From Octopus sinensis (Eukaryota): DNA of 7,443 nt. Shown piece after piece: positions 1-6,334 of the stretch. How positions within the stretch are numbered: position 1 is the stretch's first letter; every line of letters begins with the position of its first letter. A program made the position numbers and the translations under genes. Location of the stretch: assembly GCF_006345805.1 (NCBI RefSeq), contig NW_021828873.1:1-7443 (forward strand). Reading direction: 5' to 3'. The notes under the pieces were generated by a model. That model searched no databases. It worked only from the letters and a program-made list of their open reading frames with translations, and was not told the origin of the DNA.

Positions 1-35
1 TATCTATCTATCTATCTATCATCTATCTATCTGTC

Positions 36-66
<31 letters not shown>

Positions 67-141
67 CATCACTCTCGCTCTTTCTCTTTCTCGCTTCCTC
101 TTTCTTCCTCTCTGTTTATATAAATATATATATATATATAT
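1..141. repeat. Compound microsatellite: (TATC)n, (TGTC)n, CT-rich tract, (TA)n
   Basis: Directly visible tandem units at 1-31, 32-66, ~72-115 and ~117-141. Confidence 0.95.
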
Positions 142-191
142 GAATGAATGAATGTATGTATTTATGCATGCATTCATATCTACGTACATGC

Positions 192-240
192 ATATATATA
201 TATATATATATATAATATATAATATATATAATTAAATATA
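192..240. repeat. (TA)n / AT-only low-complexity tract
   Basis: Directly visible. Confidence 0.9.
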
Positions 241-470
241 GATTCAGTTGAATTAGGTACTTAAATTGAAGCACCAAGGCAGTCCGGTATTGTCCGTACA
301 GCTCGAAGTAGGTTGAATAAAATCAAAATAAGTAACAGAATTTCAACCACAACTTCACTTTTTTCCATTCGCTTCTTCTTTTAAAATATTTAAGAAAAAT
401 TATTTTAATATATCTTGTCTGTTGAAATTCCATACCTGTTCAGCTGAAGATAGGGCTCTATTTGAAATTG

Positions 471-1185
471 ATGAATTGGTGCTTTATCATCCTGAAAGAT
501 TGCGATTCCCTCCGGAAACAGTTCCGCAATGATAGGATGAATTTGATGCGATAAAATGCTTAAATAGTCTTGACTATTAATTCTGTTATGAAAGGAAACC
601 ATTGAACCGGTGGATTTCCAAGATAATAGCCCCACCGATCATCACAGATCCTCCTCCATGTTTAAAAGTTGGAAGAAGGCAGTCTGGGTCAAATGCTTCT
701 TTTGGCTGTCTCCACAAGTATACTCGGCCGGTGGTCGGAAATCAAGTAAAGGATGACTCGTCCGACAAAATAACATTCTTCCAATGCTGTAGGGATCAAT
801 TCTGTAAGTTTTTACTCCACTGTAAACGCTTTGCAACGTTTGCATTTGAAAGTAGTGGTTTTCTGATTGCAGCCCCCTCATGAGATCCGGCTTTGTGCAG
901 CGAATAGTTTTTGTGGAAACTGGGTTCTCGAGGTGGTCATTAAGCTCTGCAGTAATTTTGGGAGCTGTACTTTTGTGATTCCTTATGGTCCCTATCTGAA
1001 AGCTTTGTTTTTCTTCCGGAGTTTTGTTTCGACGAGGAGGTTTTTCCCTCTTTCTCACAGGCTGTCATTACTTTTGAGACAGTACTGCTTGATACACCAA
1101 ACATTTCAGTTGTTTTCATTACACTAGCGTCTGCCATAAGTGCACCAACTATTTCACCTCTTTGAAAGTCCAACAGATCTGTCAT
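471..1185 (-). pseudogene. Tc1-family transposase pseudogene (HTH DNA-binding region plus partial DDE domain)
   Basis: Stitched across frames: MTDLLDFQRGEIVGA...GVSSSTVSKVM...SGRKTKLSDRD / HKSTAPKITAELN...VSTKTIR / LHKAG...AAIRKPLLS...KRLQWSKNLQN*SLQHWKNVILSDESSFT*FPTTGRVYLWRQPKEAFDPDCLLPTFKHGGGSVMIGGAI / SWKSTGSM...IAIFQDDKAPIH. Shows the Tc1 motifs SDES (first Asp), HGGGSVM and FQDD(N)APIH (second Asp). In-frame TGA at 796-798 and 742-744, three frameshifts; the SPDLNPIE motif with the catalytic Glu is absent. Confidence 0.92.
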
Positions 1186-1371
1186 TTTAATGAATTTTAA
1201 TTACCTTTTTCTGATGATATCTGAAAAGAAACAGCAATTTTAGCAAAACACATTAAACAACATTAATAATAATTAAAAACAAAAGTAAACAAGCTTTTGA
1301 CGGTTTTATAGTTATTTCAAAATTATGATGCTATGATGCTAGGTGTTTCCATTAAATTTGTCCAACCCCTA
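471..1371 (-). mobile_element. Tc1/mariner (Tc1-like) DNA transposon, 3'-truncated, one TIR remaining
   Basis: Transposase remnants on minus strand 1185->471. Terminus at 1341-1371 reads (minus) TA-TAGGGGTTGGACAAATTTAATGGAAACACCT, a Tc1-type end (typically TA-CAG...) abutting a TA run. No matching second TIR found left of 471. Confidence 0.9.
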
Positions 1372-1600
1372 TATATATATTTGTGTGTGCGTGTGTATAT
1401 ATATAGTTTACACGCGTTTGTATTTGTATTCAGGTGGAGAGAGAACGAGTGACTTCATATATATTATGCCCACACACACATGTCCATGCATATACACACA
1501 TATGTACATATATATACACGTATGTGCATAATTATGTATATATGTGTGTGGACGTGAGTTTATACACGCATATACTTATGCATACATATTTATCTATGGA
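1372..1600. repeat. Mixed (TA)/(TG)/(CA) low-complexity region
   Basis: Directly visible; accounts for the spurious ORF 1343-1531. Confidence 0.85.
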
Positions 1601-1814
1601 TAAATATAGATAACAATATAACAATACGCAATAAAAATATGAATATGACGAAGGGATATACTGAAATAGTTTGAATGAGACAAGAAAGTCAAGACGAGAC
1701 GTGGCTGCGGGCTATAAAAACTATCTTTCGTTACAGCTCTACGTTAACGTTCACAACAAGAAAAGTTTATAAATAGCACCCATACATGTATGTATAAAAC
1801 GTACTATATATATC

Positions 1815-1836
<22 letters not shown>

Positions 1837-1848
<12 letters not shown>

Positions 1849-1999
1849 TTAGAGACAAAACCCTATTTTGCAAAACAAACAAGGAAAGACTTAATCAATA
1901 CCATAAATTTTAATTGACTTTTTATTAAAATTTTATGTATTGATTAAGTCTTCCTTGTTTGTTTACAAAATAGTGGTTTGTCTCTAATAATATTATATA
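1837..1999. repeat. Long imperfect inverted repeat (arms 1837-1914 and 1924-1999, 9-nt spacer)
   Basis: Left arm TATATAATATTATTAGAGACAAAACCCTATTTTGCAAAACAAACAAGGAAAGACTTAATCAATACCATAAATTTTAAT matches the reverse complement of 1924-1999 at roughly 90%; spacer TGACTTTTT; preceded by (TA)n 1805-1842. Confidence 0.92.
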
Positions 2000-2105
2000 A
2001 TATTTTACTATAAATTGGATTTAATCTAAATCTGATTTTTTCCCTGTAAATTTGGATTTATTCCCTAATATTATGATATATATATATATATATAGATATT
2101 ATCAG

Positions 2106-2108
<3 letters not shown>

Positions 2109-2151
<43 letters not shown>

Positions 2152-2173
2152 TGTTTTGTGTGTGTGTGTGTGT
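2109..2173. repeat. (TG)n microsatellite
   Basis: Directly visible; immediately precedes SINE A. Confidence 0.97.
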
Positions 2174-2438
2174 GGAGGCGCAATGACCTAGTGGTAGGGC
2201 CGGACTCGGGTCGTAGGATCGCGGTTTCGATTCCCAGACCGGGCGTTGTGATTGTTTATTGAGCGAAAACACCTAAAGCTCCACGAGGCCCCGGCAGGGG
2301 GTGGTGGCGATCCCTGCTGTACTCTTCTCTCACTCTTTCTTCTGTTGGCCTGGGGTGGCGTCATTTGAAAGCTAAAACAATGCGAAGCGCATTGTGACCA
2401 GCGATGTGTAACAACATCTGATGGCCTGGTCGGTCACG

Positions 2439-2443
<5 letters not shown>
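2172..2443 (+). mobile_element. tRNA-derived SINE (family A)
   Basis: Pol III A-box-like TGACCTAGTGG (~2184-2194) and B-box-like GGTTTCGATTCCC (~2223-2235), then GCGTTGTG...TTGAGCGAAAACAC shared with SINE D; ends at a (TA)n run (2442-2476). Confidence 0.8.
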
Positions 2444-2483
<40 letters not shown>

Positions 2484-2596
2484 AGTCTAATAAATCAGTG
2501 GTCATAGTGCACTTCGAATCGTTTTAGCTTCCGAATGGTACTGTCCCTCTTGAATGGCAAACAGCCGAACATTCCTCTGATTGGAAGGCTCATCTT

Positions 2597-2780
2597 ATTT
2601 ATTTACTGCCTACAAGGGGCTACACACAGACGGGACGAACCAGGACAGACAAACGGATGAAGTCGATTATATCGACCCCAGTGCGTAACTGGTATTGAAT
2701 TTATCGATCACGAAAAGATGAAAGGCAAAGTCGACCTCGGCGGAATTTGAACTCAGAACGTAGCGGCAGACGAAATACCT
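2597..2780 (-). mobile_element. SINE family B, headless unit 1 of tandem trimer (184 bp)
   Basis: Aligns without gaps to unit 2; keeps a B-box-like GAGTTCAAATTCC, lacks the A-box part of the head. Confidence 0.88.
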
Positions 2781-2964
2781 ATTACTTTACTACCCACAAA
2801 CGGCTTAACACAGAGAGGACAAACAATGACAGACAAGCAAATTAAGTCGATTATATCGACTCCAGTGCGTACCTGGTACTTATTTAATCGACCCCGAAAG
2901 GATGAAAGGGCAAGTCGACCTCGGCAGAATTCGAAATCAGAACGCAGCGGCAGACGAAATACCT
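2781..2964 (-). mobile_element. SINE family B, headless unit 2 of tandem trimer (184 bp)
   Basis: Same sequence and same truncation point (+ strand GACGAAATACCT|ATT) as unit 1. Confidence 0.88.
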
Positions 2965-3071
2965 ATTTCTTTACTACCCACAAGGGGCTAAACACAGAGA
3001 GGACAAACAAAGACAGACAAACGGATTAAGTCGATTAAATCGACCCCAGTGCGTAACTGGTACTTAATTTG
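2965..3071 (-). mobile_element. SINE family B, unit 3, 3' half (interrupted by DNA transposon)
   Basis: Homologous to units 1/2 up to CTGGTACTTAATTTG; homology resumes at 4225. Confidence 0.88.
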
Positions 3072-3334
3072 GGATCTTTTCTATTCTGAAGCCAGTTTTT
3101 TCAAATTTTTCCTACTGAACCAAACAATTTGAAACTTCGTATACTGGTAGAATGTGTCAAAAGTAAACTTAATTGTAAACCAGAATGAAAACGGAATTGT
3201 AACTTCTAAGTTTAACGTTGTTTAATATTAGAATTTTAACCACTGATATTCCGTCATTCGGCTTTATTTTATTTACTCCGTCTCGACCACCAATTTCGTG
3301 ACGTATTAAACATCTTAAATGTAAACAAGCGTGG

Positions 3335-3625
3335 GTGAAGAGACAGAGAGAGTAATGTGTGAAAGAGAGAGATAACTGAAATTTTTACTCGGTGTATGTG
3401 TATATGTATGTCTGCATGTATGTGTGTGTGTATGTATGTGTAAGTATGTGTGTGTGTGTGTATGTTATGTGTGTGTGTGTGTATGTATGTATGGCCGATT
3501 CATCGTAATTACGATGAATCGGCCATACATACATAGATACATGCAGACATACATATACACATACACCGAGTAAAAAAATTTCAGTTATCTCTCTCTTTCA
3601 CACATTACTCTCTCTGTCTCTTCAC
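3335..3625. repeat. Spacer-less palindrome / inverted duplication
   Basis: Perfect 54-bp palindrome 3482-3535 centred on CGTAA|TTACG; outer arms 3335-3421 and 3537-3625 identical apart from a T5/T7 homopolymer; ~60 nt of extra (TG/TATG)n on the left arm only. Confidence 0.95.
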
Positions 3626-3883
3626 ACACACTAACAGAAGCACTTCACTTACACAACATACTGTCTCCCACACCCCATCAAACACACACACACACACATG
3701 TACATCAATGCTTCCCTAGACGGTAACTTCAAAGACAAACTTCCCTCGTCATAAAATCGCTTCCTCTTAGTCTCTTTCGCTCTCATTACTTATGTAAAAA
3801 AATAAAAGTTTTTTACGGAAATCGACAGAAAACTTGTGCTACGACAAGAGAAACTTCGCCGAAATTTAATATTAAAAAGCAAA

Positions 3884-3950
3884 GAGCTGGCAGAAACGTT
3901 AGCACGCCGGGCGAAATGCGTAGCCGTATTTCGTCTGCCGTTACGTTCTG
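3884..3950 (+). mobile_element. SINE family B 5' head fragment (3'-truncated) inside the DNA transposon
   Basis: 3885-3950 matches the reverse complement of 4284-4349 at 64/66; stops just before the B box. Confidence 0.88.
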
Positions 3951-4224
3951 TGTTTGTTTACAGTTTTCCGAACGTTAGTACGTCACAAAAGCGCTTTCAC
4001 GTCACACTAATAGAATGCAGTCAAGTTTTACACATGAAAACAAACAATCTGATTGGTTAAAATTCGCAGTTTTAATCTACGATTAAAGTCATAAATAGAT
4101 TTTTCTCAAATAAACTAGTTCCAACCTGTGTCTTGTTTTGCTAGACTCTATCAGCATACGAAGTTTCAGATTATTTAGTTAAGTAGAAAGATCTGTGGTC
4201 CTGGCTTCAGAATTGAAAAGATCC

Positions 4225-4353
4225 CTTAATTTGTTGACCCCGAAAGGATGAAAGGCAAAGTTGACCCCGGCGGAATTTGAACTCAGAACGTAACGGCAGA
4301 CGAAATACGGCTACGCATTTCGCCCGGCGTGCTAACGATTCGGCCAGCTTGCC
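4225..4353 (-). mobile_element. SINE family B, unit 3, 5' half with complete tRNA-derived head
   Basis: Minus strand GGCAAGCTGGCCGAATCGTTAGC (A-box-like) ... GAGTTCAAATTCC (B-box-like) then GCCTTTCATCCTTTCGGGGTC central domain; followed by TTGGAAGGC (4354-4362), also present at 2581-2589. Confidence 0.88.
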
Positions 4354-4495
4354 TTGGAAGGCAAATTTGTCGCATGTGGAGGGAATAATACTACTGCTAT
4401 TTAGCCCTAGGAAGCAGCACCGCTTCCTGTCAGCCTTGACATATTTTCTGTGTCCTTATATATATTATATATATATATATATATTTATGTATCTA

Positions 4496-4636
4496 TGTGT
4501 GTGTCTGTTTGTCCCGCAGCCTTCACTTGACAACCGATGGTTGTGTGTTTATGTCCCCGTAATCTAGCGGCTCGGCGAAAGAGGAATGGATAGAATAAAT
4601 ACTAGACTTAGAGATGAGTAAGCCCTAGGGTCGACT
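4496..4636 (+). mobile_element. Diverged 3' segment of another SINE family (family C)
   Basis: Follows a (TA)/(TG) tract; GATAGAATAAATACTAG...CTAGGGTCGAC resembles the GATAAATTAAGTACCAG...CTGGGGTCGAT motif of family B; recognised from memory as an abundant octopod repeat. No head visible. Confidence 0.5.
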
Positions 4637-4660
4637 ACATATATATATATGTATGTATTA

Positions 4661-4849
4661 CCGGAGTAAACCAATAAATGTGAAACAAGGTGGAAAAAGA
4701 GTACTCAAATACCAGAGGTATATATATACTTTATTTAAAAGCAGCAGAAATTTAACAAAAACTGTTACTCGGAGTTTCACGTTCCTGTTCGTCGGACAGT
4801 GAAACTCCGTGTAACAGCTTTTGTTAAATTTCTGCTGCTTTTAAATAAA

Positions 4850-4850
<1 letters not shown>
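4661..4850 (-). mobile_element. Penelope-like element terminal repeat (pLTR) fragment with partial inverted copy
   Basis: Embedded in (TA)n; contains a minimal type I hammerhead-like motif and an inverted partial copy, both established hallmarks of Penelope-like elements. No RT or GIY-YIG coding sequence is present, so the assignment is inferential. Confidence 0.6.

Positions 4851-4860
<10 letters not shown>
4719..4860. repeat. Inverted repeat, 62-bp arms (4719-4780, 4799-4860), 18-nt loop
   Basis: Arms pair with 3 mismatches (4769/4810, 4761/4818, 4726/4853); loop GTTCCTGTTCGTCGGACA. Confidence 0.95.
4761..4800 (-). ncRNA. Minimal type I hammerhead ribozyme-like motif (variant core, possibly inactive)
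   Basis: Minus strand ACUGU-CCGACGA-ACAGGAACGU-GAAA-CUCCGAG-UA-ACAGU: 5-bp stem I (ACUGU/ACAGU), core CCGACGA (canonical CUGANGA with U4->C), stem II AC(A)-GGAA-(C)GU with one mismatch, GAAA, near-palindromic stem III, GUA cleavage triplet (cut between 4766 and 4765). Confidence 0.6.

Positions 4861-4883
<23 letters not shown>
4854..4883. repeat. (TA)n microsatellite
   Basis: Directly visible. Confidence 0.95.
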
Positions 4884-4886
<3 letters not shown>

Positions 4887-5423
4887 TATACACATGATTG
4901 CACCCGCACAACACACACATCTAGGCAATACACGAGTGTGTATGGTTCTTTGTGTGTGTGAGTACGCGCGCTTGTGTTCGTATGGGTGTACCTGTGTATG
5001 TGTATGCGTAGGCATGCGTTCATTTCGTGTGCGTGTGAGCAGCGAAGCTATTCATGCCATATCCAACTAATTGAATATCTGTTCTATGCCCAATGGAAGA
5101 TATAACTTTTTGTAGGGTATTTTTCCTTATAAAATCCCTCCCTGATACTCAGATTACAAATATTAGTAATAATTATATTTAGAATGTAATATTTAGAACA
5201 CGCACTTATGATGCCCCCTTTTTACTTGTTCTTTAATCTAAAAGATATGTAAGCTTAATCTAAACCTGTTTTTTAGGGATTTTTCCCCTCTTAATATCGT
5301 ATGTGTGTCTGAATATTTCATGAAATCCTACAGGATTCATAAAGCAATCTATTAAGTTACAACGATCTTGTTTGGATATCACATAGCATTTAATACGCCA
5401 ACTAATATGGAATTTGAATGCCT

Positions 5424-5474
5424 GTTTGTTTTCTTTTTTTTTTTTCTTTTTTTTTCTTTTTGTTGTTGTTGTTG
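5424..5474. repeat. Poly-T / (TTG)n tract
   Basis: Directly visible. Confidence 0.9.
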
Positions 5475-5863
5475 CTATTTTGGGGATGGGGGCAGAATAT
5501 AGGTAAGGCAGATTTTTTTCAAGGGGATAAGTAATTATAGAAGAAATATTTTATGCTTAGTATTATTATTATTGCTGTTGTGTGACGGCTTGTCGTGGGC
5601 GGAGTTTTCGCGGGGAAATGGGGCTGGAAGCACTTTTCGGTGAAAGTCACACCAGTCACTTGATTGAATCATTAAAGTTAATCGTTTGATCCACGATGAC
5701 ATTCGTTCTTTCTAGTTTTGGCTCATATCATACAATAGAACGTACATATTCCCTTACTGTGGTATGAGACAGTTGGGTGCAGCAGTTTGGGCGCCCACGA
5801 TTTGACGCGGTTGGTTGGACGCTTGTCCTATTTTGGTAACTCCGTTGTTGGCACTGGAAAGAA

Positions 5864-5892
5864 ACACACACATACACACACAGACACACACA

Positions 5893-5940
<48 letters not shown>

Positions 5941-5959
5941 CACGCACGCACACACACAC
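5864..5959. repeat. (CA)n microsatellite
   Basis: Directly visible; explains the HTHT/CVCV ORFs. Confidence 0.97.
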
Positions 5960-5983
5960 TTATACAAATTAACTCACGCACGA

Positions 5984-6016
5984 AGCGCGCTAATGTTTGT
6001 GCCAGCTCACCGCCTT
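5984..6016 (-). mobile_element. Short diverged remnant of a family B SINE head
   Basis: Minus strand AAGGCGGTGAGCTGGCACAAACATTAGCGCGC resembles GAGCTGGCAGAAACGTTAGCACGC at 3884. Confidence 0.55.
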
Positions 6017-6029
6017 AATAATGATAGTA

Positions 6030-6285
6030 TATAAATAAATAAATGCACCCTTTTTTTAAAGCCTAGCAAGGCTCATGGGCCCGGTTTCCCGGTTTCTATG
6101 GCGAATGTGTTCCCCAGCTGGACGGGACGCCAGTCCATTGCAGCGTTAATCATTTTTGCTAGCTGAGTGGACTGGAGCAACGTGAAATGAAGTGTTTTGC
6201 TCAAGAACACAACGCGTCGCCCGATCCAGTAATCGAAACCATAATCTTACGATCATGGTGCTGACACCATAACCACTGCCTCCAC
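6030..6285 (-). mobile_element. tRNA-derived SINE (family D)
   Basis: Minus strand GTGGAGGC...GGTTTCGATTACTGG (B-box-like)...GCGTTGTGTTCTTGAGCAAAACAC; head and core related to SINE A, different 3' body; ends in A7 and an (ATTT)n tail. Confidence 0.78.
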
Positions 6286-6334
6286 AATAATAATAATAAT
6301 GATAATAATGATAATAATAATAATGATGATTATG
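6286..6334. repeat. (TAA/TGA)n trinucleotide repeat, LINE tail or insertion target
   Basis: Directly visible between the LINE 3' end and the SINE D head; explains the poly-Ile ORF. Confidence 0.92.

Larger units (their letters stand above)
3072..4224. mobile_element. Non-autonomous TIR DNA transposon, 9-bp TSD, GG...CC termini (Mutator/MULE- or Merlin-like)
   Basis: Terminal 24-mers 3072-3095 and 4201-4224 are inverted 23/24 matches; inverted similarity continues at 3112-3162 vs 4136-4186 (about 41/51); direct repeat CTTAATTTG at 3063-3071 and 4225-4233; splits a SINE cleanly; no transposase ORF. A 7-bp TSD (TTAATTT) with GGG...CCC ends is an alternative parse. Superfamily assignment is inference. 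Confidence 0.85.

Noticed and set aside
261-368. 35-aa minus-strand ORF MEKSEVVVEILLLILILFNLLRAVRTIPDCLGASI with a hydrophobic stretch
   Set aside because: Short Leu/Ile/Phe-rich ORFs arise readily in AT-rich DNA; no homology recognised and no expression evidence.
602-1127. Plus-strand ORFs 602-883 and 867-1127
   Set aside because: Antisense shadows of the Tc1 transposase remnant; no recognisable protein.
1211-1226. CTGATGA-TATCT-GAAA, resembling a hammerhead core
   Set aside because: No stem II pairing and no stem III or stem I can be formed; lies in the Tc1 5' UTR on the antisense strand.
1700-1745. GGGCTATAAAAA TATA-box-like motif
   Set aside because: No convincing initiator or downstream gene; such motifs are common in AT-rich DNA.
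2597-3071. Regularly spaced 184-bp repeats as a CRISPR-like or satellite array
   Set aside because: Units are contiguous SINE bodies with Pol III B boxes, no unique spacers, eukaryotic context.
4284-4353. SINE heads (also 2172-2245 and 6210-6285) as genuine tRNA genes
   Set aside because: A/B boxes are present but I could not fold a full cloverleaf, and each continues into a SINE body.
2826-4567. ORFs 2826-3029, 3836-4060 and 4277-4567
   Set aside because: They run through SINE, transposon and microsatellite sequence across element boundaries; no transposase or other domain motifs.
5105-5340. Short direct repeat (TTTT(G)TAGGG(T)ATTTTTCC at ~5108 and ~5270) and small hairpin at ~5320-5340
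   Set aside because: Too short and low-complexity to distinguish from chance.
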